The position numbers were made by a program, and so were the translations under genes. A stretch of DNA of 63,858 bases, the filler included, from Reclinomonas americana ATCC 50394 (taxonomy: Eukaryota): assembly GCA_048213135.1 (NCBI GenBank). It is 5 parts of 4 records of this genome, joined end to end, with 100 filler letters (N's around TTAATTAATTAA, not from the genome) between each part and the next. Parts side by side here need not be neighbours in the genome. Positions count along the whole stretch, not along the records: positions 1 to 31,815 come from PS015276.1; 4 more parts are not named here. One strand, written 5' to 3'. Shown piece after piece: positions 1-22,653 of the stretch. Position 1 is the stretch's first letter. Each line of letters starts with the position of its first letter. The notes beneath the pieces were generated by a model. That model had not been told where the DNA came from and searched no databases. It saw only the letters and a list, made by a program, of their open reading frames with translations.

Positions 1-32
1 CTCCTCGTGTCACTCGTCGTCTCCTCGTCGTC

Positions 33-82
<50 letters not shown>

Positions 83-203
83 GCACTTCTCCCCTCCATC
101 CCTTCTCCATTTATCCTTTTCCCCTTTATCCCTCTCTATCCCTTCCCCTTCCCCCTATCTATCCCTTCCCCATTCCCCTCTCTTATCCCTTCTCTTTTTG
201 CAG

Positions 204-2771
204 ATCCACCAACGACCGCGCCGCTGGCATGGCCTCACCGACTCGCCTCCGCTCACCATCCCCGTCCCGCCGCTCGCCCGTGCGACTCATGTCGCCGACG
301 CACGAACGCCGCACGCCAGTGGCGTCTTCCACGTCGCCCATTCGTGTGCGTCCTCGTCCGTACGAGTATGGCACGAGTGGTGGCGTGAGTACTGGCGGAC
401 GTGTCGGCGGCGGTACCTCGCCTGTGTCTGCCGTGGCCGCGGCTGGAGGTGCCGGCTCACCCACTGCACGTGGCTCATCAACATCTTCCTCTGCTGCGAC
501 TTCGACGACCATCACCATTGCGCAGATGGTAGGCATCACATAATGCTGCTTTGAATCTCCTTTCCCATTTCTCACTCTCCTCTTTTCTCCCTTCAGCAAT
601 CACGCTCTGCCTCTGCGCGCTCGCCAACCCGCCGCGCCATGCCGGCCTGGAAGCCACCGTCACACCAGGTGGATCGCTCCACACTGTCGCCCGTGTCGCG
701 TGAGAGTGCCGTGGTCAGTGCCGCGACACCGACACGCGACTCGTCGCGTCGAGTGGTGTTTGATTCGACCGACTCCAAACCGTCAGCGGCCGCTCGCCAG
801 TCACCAGTGTCGTCGGCCGCGGCTGCCATTGCCGAGGCGCGAAGCCGCTCACCCGCTGGCGTGTCGCCATCACGAAGTCGCTCGCCGCTGGTGGGTCGGC
901 CGTCGCGCCGCCAGGCTGCTCTCGGCCCCGTGCCGACTGTCCTCCGTTCCGCCTCTTCGTCGGCTTCCTCGTCACCGGCTCGCTCGCGTGTCGAGTCGCC
1001 AGTGGGCTCGGCGCGTCGGTCCGCCGCCCCTGCCGCCGTGTCTCCCACCGCAGGTGGAACTCCGGCGGCAGCCGCCTTCTCGCCCGTCGCGGCAAGTGAG
1101 TCGATTGTGGCGGTCCACAACCAGGTCACACCGACGGGCGAGCGCGCCAGACCCTCGCCCGACACGGATCTCGTGCTGCAAATGGCCGAGCCGTTGCCGG
1201 GCAGTCCGCGTCGCAGCCCGCCCGCCGTCAACAGCAGTGTGGCAAACGGCAGAGTGCGACCACGTGCGCCGTCACCGCTGACCGCCACCACCATCCCCAC
1301 CAATAGCAGACTACCGATTCGCGCACTCTCGCCGATTCGTCGCCTGCGCCCACTGGCCGCCGCGTCGCCCTCCAGTTCGCAATCGTCGTCTCGCGATCCA
1401 TCGCCGTCCTCGGCCTCGGCTCGTCGCCCATCGCCGGCTCGCCGACCATCGCCCGCCACGCCGACCGCCTCCAATGGTCGCTGGGCGTCGCCGGTGAATG
1501 GCCGACGTGAGACACGCGAGCCGTCAGGGTCGTCAGGGTCGTCGTCGTCATCGTCGCGCACCAGTGTGTCGCCAATGCGCTCGACAAACTCGGTGCCGTC
1601 GCCCTCGGCGGCCTCGGCTGCCGCTCGCCGCCGCTCCAACTCGTTGGTGGCGCACTCGTCGCCCAACGCGTCGCCACTGCGCACGCGCCACAGCGAGCAG
1701 CAGTCGCCGATGCGACCGCACTTGCGTCGTGGTGCCGACTTGCTCAACAATGGCGGCAGTGTGGGTGGTTCGTCGTCGATGGGCTCACCGTCGTCATCCA
1801 GTGTGGCCATGTCGCCGGCCACGTCGGAGCTTGTCAGTGTGACGGCGAGGACGGCGATTCAGGGGTCGCCGGCGGGGAGGAAGACGGGAATGGATGTGGT
1901 GAGCAAAAGGGGGGAAAGGGGGTTAAAGGGAAAGGGATGGGGGGGGGGGGGGAGGGAGAAGAAGGAAGGGGAGAAGGGGGAGAGTGATAGGAGAGGGGAT
2001 GGGAAAGGAAGTGAGGCAGAGAGAGAGAGAGAGGAGGGAGGCGGGAAGAAGAAAAGGAGAAAGAGAAAAGGTGAGCTGAAAAAGAATGGGACGGCGAGGG
2101 TGAGTGCGTGAGAGTGCGAGAGTGCGAGATTGAGTGTCTGTGCATGCGTGAGAGAAAGACGCAAGCTGAACAATGAAAAAAGGAGGAAGAGAGAGAAAAG
2201 AGGAGAGAAAAGAGGAATTGAGGAGAGTGAAAGGAGGGCGAGCGGAAGAAGGAAGCAGAATGGGAAGCAGAAGATGATGTGTATGTTTGTGGCTGTGTAC
2301 AACAATGCACGAGAGCGAGCACGGTTGAAGAGAGAAGAGATGCTGGCATGTACGTGTGCGCTCAAGAAACGAGGAATTTGATGCAATATGATGAAGGGAG
2401 GCAGGTGGCGAAGTAGTTTGATGAGGGAAGTAAGTATGAAAGAGCTATAGACAAGAGAGAGAGAGAGGAGAGGATTAGTTCAGCCGTTGCATCCCACTTG
2501 TCCTTGTTCCCATTCTTCATTTCTCATCACCTTCTCCATGCAGCGGAGTGTGGCTGCGCGTCGCTCGGCCGCCAATGGATCTCCACTGCCTTCGCCGGTC
2601 GGCCGTACGGCTCTAAGCCCGGTTCCGTCCCGGCGAAACAGTCGAATCGGTGCAATGGTGCACGAGGCGTTGAGGTGAGCGTGTGTGTGTCTTTTCCCCT
2701 CGTTTTGTTGTGCCATACTCGCATGTTTATGTATCGATTGTCGCAGCGCTTCGAGCAATGGTCGGCGGTAG
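204..2771 (+). CDS. Ser/Arg/Pro-rich low-complexity protein (5' partial)
   Basis: Exons 204-528, 597-1898, 2544-2674 and 2747-2771 are joined by GT-AG introns with consistent phases (0, 0, 2) and end in TAG. Many SP/RSP motifs; no recognisable globular domain. Confidence 0.7.
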
Positions 2772-2939
2772 AAGGTAACCAGCAGTGTGTGTGACTAATT
2801 GTTATACTTGTGTTGTGAAAATTGAATGTATGCGAATGTGGAGATAACAAAACAACTTCTTCTTTTTCATTAATCAAAACACTCACTACGTATGGTACAC
2901 GGTGGTGAACCACAAACACAAACAAACACATTCACAATC

Positions 2940-5540
2940 TCACGACACAGTCAGTCGCGGCAACTGGGTCGACGATTTGCCTCCACCGCTGGCGTCGGAG
3001 GCGTGCGGCGACGAGCGACTCGATCCCACCGACGAGCGCGAGTGAGTGCGACTGTTGGCCTTGGGCGGAGTGCCGGTCTCGCTGCCACGACTGCCGCCGT
3101 CGTCCGACGTTTGTCGCTGCCGTGCGGCACGAGCCGCCTCCAGATGCATGCGTGCGAGGGACGAGTCGGAGGGCAGGCGGCGATGTGTGCCTTTGCGGCG
3201 ATTCGCGCGAGGTGGCTCGGCGAGAATCACTTCGGAGGGTGAGTGCGGCACCGGGGAGATGCGAGTGTGACTGTGTGTGGCGGGAATTAAGGAGAAGGAG
3301 GGAGGAGGAGGAGAGGGGGGCAAAGGTGAGTGGAACTCACGTGGCTGGCGAGCCGACGGCGTCGGGGGAGAGCAGGCGGTCGTCGAAGCCCTGCGGGGAG
3401 GAGGAGGGATTGAGCAGGGGGAGGGAAAGGGGAAGGGAGGGAAACAAAGAGGAAAGAGGGAAACAAATTGGGTGAAACACATCGAGGAGACAAAAAGCAG
3501 CAAAGAGAGGTGCATGTTCTCAACAGGCAGGAGGAGAGAAGTAATCGCACAGCAGGGCAACAACATCAAAGAGGCACGATGATGGTCAGCTGGGGATTGT
3601 GTGTGTGAGTGTGAAAGGGAGACAGAGGCGGATGTTCTGAACCAAAAAGCGAAGAGGATATACAAGAACAATCAAATCTCAATGAGGGCAGAAACATCGA
3701 AGAAGAGAGTGATCGATTCCTCCTATGATCGCCCAACTCACCACCACTCCTGTCGTTGTCCGCCTCCTCGCACGCACAGGTGATGCAGCTGCGCAACAAA
3801 GTGATCAGTGCACACGCATCATCGGTTGCGCAGGCATTGCGACAAACATGACGAACCTTGCTCATCGACCTTGGGCAGCACAAACGACACATCGGTCGAC
3901 CGCTCTTTCGAGCTCACATCGTGTGCTGTTGCGGCGAAGAGTGAGGGAGACTGGCCAACGCGAACAGAGCAGCCTTATCTCACTCACCATCGGCGAGCGC
4001 CTGTCGCAGCGGAGTGATACTCATCGGTGGCGAACCGATATTCACAGTTTCTGGAGGGGAGGGGCCAGTTGGTGTGAACGGCGTGGTCGGTTCGTGTGCG
4101 GCGAGGGTCTCTCGCAGTGCGGCTAGCACTGCATCGACGCGACAGTTGATGGATCTGTGTACAAGTGAACATAATTGCAAATCGTACGTCATCCTGCAGT
4201 CCACGACACGCACCTTATTCTGGCGTCACCAGCGCGCTCCATGTCCACATCGTCACCCACAGCCGCACTGGCTGCTGCTGCCGACGCACTACCGCCAGCT
4301 TCATCATCGTCATCATCACCTGCACCGTCGTCTGGCAAAGGCAGGCCACCGAGCAGACGCGTGTAGTGCCCATCGACAGCTGCAGACAGATCGCCCGCCG
4401 CACCTCCCAGCCACGCCTGCACGAGACTGCCAATGGTCTTGCTCGCCTGCTTCACCATCGAGTCCAACGATCTGGTGGTCCGAGGACAGTGAGGAAACGA
4501 AAAAGCACGGACGCTCTTTTGACGAGAACACACGCAACACAAGATCTGCGTGTGCACGCTCAGCGATACTGCCGTGCATCGTCCGCGCCAACTCGGCGTC
4601 GGCAGTGGATGCTAATAGCTGGGCGCGCAGTTCGGCATTCTCTCGTTCCAACTCGATGATCCTGACCGACGACGACGAGTCGTGTGATGAGCCAGCACCA
4701 CCTGCGGTTGGTGAGTGGATGAGTGTGACATGTCTCTCACGTTAGCGAGAGCCATTAGAGACACGCACCGGCCGCCAGTTGTGACTGCAAGTCCTCAATC
4801 ACTTGCCTGTCGCGCTCCTTGTCGGCCATGAGCTCCTGCACGCGGTCCACCAATCGAAGGGCGTATGTCTGCATAATACGGCAAAGTGAGTCACTGATGC
4901 GAGAGGGTGAATGAGAGACAGAAAGAGAGAGAAAATACGAGAGAAGGGGAGAGAGAGAGAGAGTAAGAGGAAGAGACAGTGCAAGAGGAAGAGAGAGAGA
5001 GAGAGTGCAAGAGAAAGAGAGAGAGTGCAAGAGGAAGAGAGAGAGAGACGAAGTCCATAAGAGAGAGAATACAAGAGAGAGAGAGAGAGAGTACAAGAGA
5101 GAGAGAGAGAGTGTGTGTAAGAGGAACAGACAGTGCAATAGAAAGAGAGAGACGGAGTGCAAGAGAGAGAGGGATAGAGAAAGAAAAACGCGAAGCGAGA
5201 AGAACAAGTAGTCGATGAGTGTAAAGCAGATCATTGGCCAAGGAAACAAGACCAACGGGACTGCAATCCAAGCACTTGCCTGATTACCAACTGTCTCTTC
5301 CTCACGCTCGCTAACACAAGCAACAGAGGTGCTACAGCTCTCTTCTAGCATTCGTGTCGCTTCACTTAATCACGCGCTTGACACAAACAGACTTTCTACG
5401 GCTCCCAACCATCACTCATGTCTCTGAGACGAGGCGATGGACACTGCGTAGCCTGTGTTTGCGAAACCACTACAGCCACTGCCCTGTTCTCTCTTGCTGC
5501 AGTCGTCTCTCACGATATCGTTCTCAGTCGCAGATTGCAG

Positions 5541-5575
<35 letters not shown>

Positions 5576-8181
5576 TACACTTATCCTCTTTGCCCGGCTG
5601 GAAACCAATATCATTGTATTATCTCGCTCACTCTGTCCCCTCCTTCTCCTCCTTCCCTCATCCCTCCCCAATCCCCTCACCTGCACCACGGCCTGCGCAT
5701 CGGCCAACTCGCTCGTCTTGAAGCGATGCTTCTCCAGCGCCTGCTCCAGCTTCTGCACTCGCCTTCGCACCTTGTTGAGTGACGCTCGCTGCGGGGGGAA
5801 ATATCACACTCTCGTCAGCTCGAACACATCACCCTCGCCACCTTCGACACCACCACCAACACAAACCTGCGCCTTGGTGCTCTTCTCGGCATCCTTGCGA
5901 GCCTGCGCCAGCTGCACCATCTTCGCGTCCAGCGCCTTGGTCAGCTCGGCACGCTGCTTCTCCAGAGCGGCCTGCTGCGGCGTGGAGTCGAGGAGTTGTC
6001 GCTGGAGGCGCAACAGCTCCTCCCGCTGTGCGTGCTCCTGCTGCTGACTGCGTTCCATTTGGTCGGCACATGCCATGGCCTTGCGCAGCAGCACCTCCAG
6101 CTCGTCGCGCTCTGCGTCCATGTGCACTTCGCCGTCTGCCGCGGGCGGGTGCGCTGCTGCTGCTGCTGCTGCACCGGCCGGCGAGAGAACATTGGACGAC
6201 ATTAACGAGGGCGGCACAGAGGCGGCGCGCGCCGACGGTGAGCCAGGCAGCGGCTCCAAGTGGCGCCGACTGGCGGACAAGGCACGCGATGGCGACTTGG
6301 CCGGCGGCGGCATCATGTGCATCGGGCTCACAGGCAGATAAATCGAGGGGATGGAGAGCGGTGACAGTGGCGACCCCACTCCACCACCACCACCACTCGA
6401 GTCGCTGGCCGGCGGCGGCGAGGCCACGATGATCGGCGCCGGTGCGCCGCGTGAACCGTGGCTCGTGGCGCCGGGGGAGGAGGTACTCGTGGTGGTGATG
6501 GTGGTGGTGGATGGTGGCGATCCGCGTGGATCGTGGNNNNNNNNNNNNNNNNNNNNAGCTCGACGCCCAGGCCCCCCGCACGCACCCCGCCACCCGCCAG
6601 CGCATCTCCGCGGCCGCCGCCGCCGCCGCCAGCGCCAAACGCATCCCACTCGACGCCTCCTCGGCCATGCTGCACCCGCTCGCCGGTCTCGGTCCACCCA
6701 TTCCCTCGTCGACGCGCGGCAGCCGACGACCACACTCGTCCAACGTGTCGGCCACGGCCTCGACGCGCGCCATGGCCTCGCCGTTTGCCACCGAGCCTCC
6801 CGACGCCCACTCCCCCGCCAGTCTCACACAGTACGAGGCCGCCACGGTGTTGCGCCAGTACAGTCTGTGGCGGCGCAAGTTTGACGGNNNNNNNNNNNNN
6901 NNNNNNNNNNNNNNNNNNNNNNNNNNNNNNNNNNNNNNNNNNNNNNNNNNNNNNNNNNNNNNNNNNNNNNNNNNNNNNNNNNNNNNNNNNNNNNNNNNNN
7001 NNNNNNNNNNNNNNNNNNNNNNNNNNNNNNNNNNNNNNNNNNNNNNNNNNNNNNNNNNNNNNNNNNNNNNNNNNNNNNNNNNNNNNNNNNNNNNNNNNNN
7101 NNNNNNNNNNNNNNNNNNNNNNNNNNNNNNNNNNNNNNNNNNNNNNNNNNNNNNNNNNNNNNNNNNNNNNNNNNNNNNNNNNNNNNNNNNNNNNNNNNNN
7201 NNNNNNNNNNNNNNNNNNNNNNNNNNNNNNNNNNNNNNNNNNNNNNNNNNNNNNNNNNNNNNNNNNNNNNNNNNNNNNNNNNNNNNNNNNNNNNNNNNNN
7301 NNNNNNNNNNNNNNNNNNNNNNNNNNNNNNNNNNNNNNNNNNNNNNNNNNNNNNNNNNNNNNNNNNNNNNNNNNNNNNNNNNNNNNNNNNNNNNNNNNNN
7401 NNNNNNNNNNNNNNNNNNNNNNNNNNNNNNNNNNNNNNNNNNNNNNNNNNNNNNNNNNNNNNNNAAAGAGGGAAAGGGTGAGGGAAGGGAAAGGGGGACG
7501 GGGGTGGATGGTGGTGACAAACCTCGCGTTCGGGTGGGGAGGAGCGGCGGATGCCGGAGTTGGGGCGCACTGATGATGAAGGGAAGGAAAGGGGGAGGAG
7601 TGAGGGAAAGGGTGGAGGGCAAAGGGTGAGGGTGGAGGGGTGGGCGTGGAGAAGGGTGGAGAAGGGTGGAGAAGGGTGGAGTATAGAGGGTGGAGAAGGG
7701 AGGGCGGAGGAGAGTGGAGGGTAAAAGGTGGAGGGTAAATGGTAGATGGTGGAGGGCGGAGAAGAGGAGGATGAGAGGGTGGAGAGTGGTCAATGCAGAG
7801 AGAATTGCTAGAGAAACTCACTAACCTGTCGTCTTACAAGTGTGTGTTTGTGTGTGCATGTGTACGTGAGACAGAGATGAATCCTATCGCGCAGCTGTCC
7901 CTCTCTCCCCATTACCACACTCACCCCCACGCCCAGACTTGCCACCACCTCCTGTACCCAGAATCGGCTGCGAGGCCGACGACAACAGCGCCGGATGCAA
8001 CAACGACGACGGTGGCGACTGCGACGGCAACGAAAGCGACGTGCCCGCCGGCAACACCTTGGTGGCCTCCAGCGTGGCTCCGGCCGCCAACAGCAGTGTG
8101 CTGGGTGGGTGGCCGTGCGGGAGCACCAGTTGTTGCGTGTGCAGCATGGGTGGTGAGGAGGCGTGGAATCGGGCGCTCACA
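2940..8181 (-). CDS. Large coiled-coil / low-complexity hypothetical protein (multi-exon, 5' end lost in gap)
   Basis: GT-AG-bounded exons encode heptad-like segments (ELEVLLRKAMACADQMERSQQQEHAQREELLRLQRQLL; RRRVQKLEQALEKHRFK; LVDRVQELMADKERDRQVIEDLQSQL; IIELERENAELRAQL); TGA at 2940-2942. One exon piece (6557-6887) is assembled in the opposite orientation. Confidence 0.6.
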
Positions 8182-8238
8182 CTGCAAAAGGGAATGTGAG
8201 GCAAAGGAGGGTGAAGGGAAAGAGGAAAGAGAGACTGT

Positions 8239-8277
<39 letters not shown>

Positions 8278-9026
8278 CGTTGATCGCCTTGTTGCTTTCT
8301 TTCTTCTTCTTCTTGTTCTTCTTCCTCGTGTTCTTCTTCTCCTTCTTCTTCTTCTTCTTTTTCTTCTTCTCCTCTCTCTCTCTCTCTCNNNNNNNNNNNN
8401 NNNNNNNNNNNNNNNNNNNNNNNNNNNNNNNNNNNNNNNNNNNNNNNNNNNNNNNNNNNNNNNNNNNNNNNNNNNNNNNNNNNNNNNNNNNNNNNNNNNN
8501 NNNNNNNNNNNNNNNNNNNNNNNNNNNNNNNNNNNNNNNNNNNNNNNNNNNNNNNNNNNNNNNNNNNNNNNNNNNNNNNNNNNNNNNNNNNNNNNNNNNN
8601 NNNNNNNNNNNNNNNNNNNNNNNNNNNNNNNNNNNNNNNNNNNNNNNNNNNNNNNNNNNNNNNNNNNNNNNNNNNNNNNNNNNNNNNNNNNNNNNNNNNN
8701 NNNNNNNNNNNNNNNNNNNNNNNNNNNNNNNNNNNNNNNNNNNNNNNNNNNNNNNNNNNNNNNNNNNNNNNNNNNNNNNNNNNNNNNNNNNNNNNNNNNN
8801 NNNNNNNNNNNNNNNNNNNNNNNNNNNNNNNNNNNNNNNNNNNNNNNNNNNNNNNNNNNNNNNNNNNNNNNNNNNNNNNNNNNNNNNNNNNNNNNNNNNN
8901 NNNNNNNNNNNNNNNNNNNNNNNNNNNNNNNNNNNNNNNNNNNNNNNNNNNNNNNNNNNNNNNNNNNNNNNNNNNNNNNNNNNNNNNNNNNNNNNNNNNN
9001 NNNNNNNNNNNNNNNNNTCTCTCGTC

Positions 9027-9090
<64 letters not shown>

Positions 9091-9434
9091 ATTCTGCATT
9101 CCACATCGTTCTCTTTGCCTTTTATCAGCTTCTGGTCTTCTTTCCTCTCTTGCTCACCCTGCAGCTCGTTTCTCGTCTCTCACTCTCTCCTCTGCATCAT
9201 TCTCATGCTCTTTTGATCTCTTCTTGTCACCCGTTTCTCATCCTTTCATCACTTGTTCACTCTTGCAGCATGTTCTCTTGCCTTTCTCTTTGCCTTTCGT
9301 CTGCTTCTTCTCACCGTTCCCTCATCGCTTCCTTTCTTGCCTTCCTCTTGCCGCTCTCTCCCCCTTCTCTCATCCTTGCCTCTTTGCCTTCTCCTCATCC
9401 TCATCCCCCTCTCTCTCCTCCCACTCATCACAGC

Positions 9435-11066
9435 ATGTCCGTCGACCTCGTCGTGGCCTACTTTCGCGAAGACCTCCGCTGGCTGCGCCGTCTCCCGCCC
9501 ACCACCTCCGCCCGCACGCGCATCTTTGTGTACTGCAAGGGTGGCGCGGAGGCAGTGGCGGCTGCCGAGGCCGTGGCACGTGCGGCTCGCTATCGCCTCT
9601 GTCGCGACAGTGTCGACGATGAGGTGGCGGAGGAGGATGGTGAGCGGGCGACGATCACGATGCGCGTGTGCGAGTTGGAGAATGTGGGCATGGAGGCGCA
9701 CACGTATCTCACGCATGTGCGACGGTGTGTGACGGGGCGTGTGAGGCGTGTGGCGCCAGTGACGGTGTTTTGTCAGGTGCGCTGATTAGGAGAAGGGGGG
9801 TAGTAGGAGAGCTTGTCTCGGCGAGCGTTTCTTATCGAGAACTGAAGAGAGAATGTGTGCGTAAGGAGAACTACCAGCTACGCTCCTCCTGCTTTTACAA
9901 GCATTCCTCCATCTCCAAATTCCACCCTTTCCATGCTCTCTGTTTGTCGACTCTTTCCCTCCACCAGCATGCCATCATCTGCAGTCGTCTGCATCTTTTG
10001 AGATCATGAGAGTCGTTTTCTTCTCCACACATGCTCTCTGTTTGTCGAGTCTTTCCTTCCACCAATATGCCATCATCTGCAGTCGTCTGCATCTGTTGAG
10101 ATCATGAGAGTCGGTTTCTTTCCACCCACCGACTTGCATCATTCTCCAACCCCTTCTTTGCTCACTGAGCTCTCGTTCTTCTCCTGTCTTTCGTCATCAC
10201 CTCACGTTGCTCAGCTGCGCTGCTCACTCCACTCTCCTCTCCCCTTCCCTCCCCCTCCCCCTTCCCCTTCTTCCCATCCCCAGGGCCACCCCTTCGACCA
10301 CGCACCCTCCCTCAAAAAATTCCTCGGTGAACTCTCCACCGGCACCACCACGGTTGCCGACTTTTGCTGGCTCGGCTTCATCATCGACACGGACGACGAT
10401 CGCGGCCACCGACTCTTCACGCAGTGGAGCAAGAACCGCGACGGCCGCGAGCTGCGCACCGACCTGTTCCATCCGGCGCTGTTGGACGGCGAGCCGGCGC
10501 CGCCAATGCTGCACTTCTATCCGGGCGCCAACTTTGCCGTCGCGGCCGAGCGCCTGCTCTTCCGCTCGTGCGAGTGGCTGGAGCGGGCGCTGGAGTTGTC
10601 GGTCACATTTGCCGACGGCGCGCACTGCTTTGAGCGGTTGTGGGATCGAGTGTTTGGGTGCAGGGGGGTGGATCCGGCCGAGTTGGGCGGCAAGCTGTGC
10701 AAGTACATGAAGCCGGTGCGGAGGTTGATGGATGCGGAGACGGGAGAAGCTGTGGGAGAAGGCGGTAGTGGATCAATAGGAGAAGGCGGCAGTGGATCAG
10801 CTGGCTATGGAGACGGCGGGAGTGCGGCGACGGGAGAAGGCGGGCATGGCATTGTATCAGCTGCTCCTGGAGAAGGCGGCAGTGGATCAGCTGGCTGTGG
10901 AGACGGCGGGAGTGCGGCGACGGGAGGCATTGTATCAGCTGGTCCTGGAGAAGGCGGCAGTGGATCAGCTGGTTATGGAGACGGCGGGAGTGCGGCGATG
11001 GGAGAAGGACATGGCATTGTATCAGCTGGTCCTGGAGAAAGCGTCAGTGGATCAGCGGATGCGTGA
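9435..11066 (+). CDS. DUF3431-family protein with C-terminal Gly/Ser repeats
   Basis: Exons 9435-9776 and 10284-11066 (phase-0 intron). Motifs LVVAYFREDLRW, ENVGMEAHTYLTH, TVFCQ|GHPFDH, GANFAV and AHCFERLWDRVF match DUF3431 hallmarks. Confidence 0.8.
10755..11060 (+). repeat. Coding tandem repeat, about 78-90 nt unit (GEGGSGSAGYGDGGSAATGEGGHGIVSAxP), about 3 copies
   Basis: Repeated ggagaaggcggcagtggatcagctgg...ggagacggcgggagtgcggcga...ggcattgtatcagctg, in frame with the DUF3431 ORF. Confidence 0.9.
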
Positions 11067-11239
11067 GCGCATTATTTGTCATGAGCGACGACTGCGACTC
11101 GACTGCGACTGGCAATCTCCTGTCTCGTCGGGAAGGAGACAGCGTGCCTGTGACGTGTGCTGGCCTCTTCGGAGCACCTAAAACGGTTGTCAAGTTCGCT
11201 TTACAGAACAATTTTTCTTCGGCATCAGTAAACGCAGTG

Positions 11240-19593
<8,354 letters not shown>

Positions 19594-20551
19594 TGTCGAT
19601 GCACGTGAGAGCAACGTCGACGAGTCCTGCGTGTCTTTGTTAAGTCGAAGTTGCATGTGAAGGAGGGAAATGCGGGCTCAGCTGTCGTTGAACGTACTTC
19701 ACTCCACAGCAGCGAGTCAAGCTCTGCAATTCGCCCGCAAAAGCTCTCGCGATTGCATCCGGTTTCATGGCAAAAGCTGAAAGGGAAGATGACTGTTGGA
19801 GAAGTAATTATGTGTTTATATATTGTTGGTGTGCCAAGGTCATGTCTGCAAGGGATTTGTGGGCGTTTATCGCATTATTGGAATGTGGTGAATGAAGTGT
19901 TTTGTTTGTTTGGGTTTGAGCAGTTGCAACTCTCGAACAGCGGAACCGCAGCAACAGTTGGGTCTCCCAGGAATCCCGCCAGGTTGCTGGCAGCGGAGCC
20001 GGAGGGCAGAGAGGCTGCCACCAAGAATCGCACGTCTAACATCCACAGAAAACATCGTAACCACCCCGATGCTGTTGACTGCGTCCGATGCCGCTGGACA
20101 GCTGGTCAGCGCCAGCCTCCTGAGCATGCCTACCTGTTCCCCCTCCTTGCAACTTGTCGTTCAACTGCACGCAGCATTCGATTCAAGAGCTTTCGAAGCG
20201 CTGTGTTCCCAATCCTGCACTTTCCAATGCAAGATCCGTCACTAACTGCGTGAATTGCGTTGCCACTCGGGCCGCAATCCACTGCCGCTGGACAGCTGGT
20301 CAGCGCCAGCCTCCAGAGCGAGTCCACTTGCTTGCAGCTTGTCGTTCAATCCCTAGACATGCGATGCAGCATCTGTCAAAGCGCAAAGAACCAATCTCTG
20401 CACGCGTCTCGACTCAAGAGCTGTCGAGGCGCACATTGCTGCACCAGAACCAAAGCCTGCGCTTGTCGCTCAATCCCGCTGCGATCCACAACTTACCCTT
20501 TTCTTATTTTCTCCAGTCAGCACAACTGTACATTCCACACCATACGCTCAC

Positions 20552-21622
<1,071 letters not shown>

Positions 21623-21674
21623 CGGTAACCCTCTTCACACTCTGCTCTTCAGCCAACAAGCAAAGCAGCGACAC

Positions 21675-22247
21675 ATGGCCTCATCATCACGACGCAGCGG
21701 CGGCGGTGGCGGTGGCGGTGGTGAGTGCCTCGGAGAGAGAGAGAAAGAAGAGGCAGTGAGAGTGTGACATGGCAAACCCTTGTGTGTGTGTCCGCGTCAC
21801 GCTCTATGTTCCTTGTGCATGTGCTGCGTCAGTGTGTGACTATGCGCGGCTTGTGGCGGATAAGGCGTTGACAGGCGTCTCTCCACGTGTGTGTCTGGAT
21901 TTTCCGCGCACGCACTGTCACTCTCTGTCTCTGCTCATGCACACATGCGTCACTCTTCTCCTCTCTCTCTACTTGCATGCACACACACACACACACGAAC
22001 GTGCTTGCATCGGAGAAGCGCACAGTCGCTCTTTTGTTGTTGCTGCAAGTGTGTGTGTCACGCACATTGGCCATCTCGTGTTGGACTCTCTCTCTCGCTT
22101 TCCTCACTTTGCTTTTGTTGCAGGTGGTGGTGGTGGTAGTGCACGTGGAGCTGCGGGTGGGCATCAGTATGTGACCAGCGCGGATGTGCAGGTGCGTGTG
22201 TTGTGATGTGTCATTTTGTCTTTCGTGCATTGTGGTTGATGGCGTGC

Positions 22248-22335
<88 letters not shown>

Positions 22336-22555
22336 AGCGTAGTACGACGTAGTTAGTTAGAGAGTATGATACGGCGGTATCGTCTCGTGCGCCGCGATAT
22401 CCTACGAGGGTAGGTGGTGAGTGGACGAGAGANNNNNNNNNNNNNNNNNNNNGGTACGGTCGGGGTCGGGGTCGGTCGTACGTAGTAGTGTACGTACGAC
22501 GCGGACGGTGTGGTGGGTGTGTGTGTGTGTGTGTGTTGTTTGTTCGTTTCGTTCG

Positions 22556-22653
<98 letters not shown>

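Noticed and set aside
10779-11040. AGYG-containing repeat suggesting an ice-nucleation protein
   Set aside because: It lacks the 16-residue AGYGSTxTA periodicity and the TxT ladder, and has only about 3 units.
19651-20500. ORFs and a ~195-nt-spaced direct repeat upstream of the MYSM1-like gene, considered as a transposon remnant
   Set aside because: No terminal inverted repeats, target-site duplication or transposase/RT motifs are visible.
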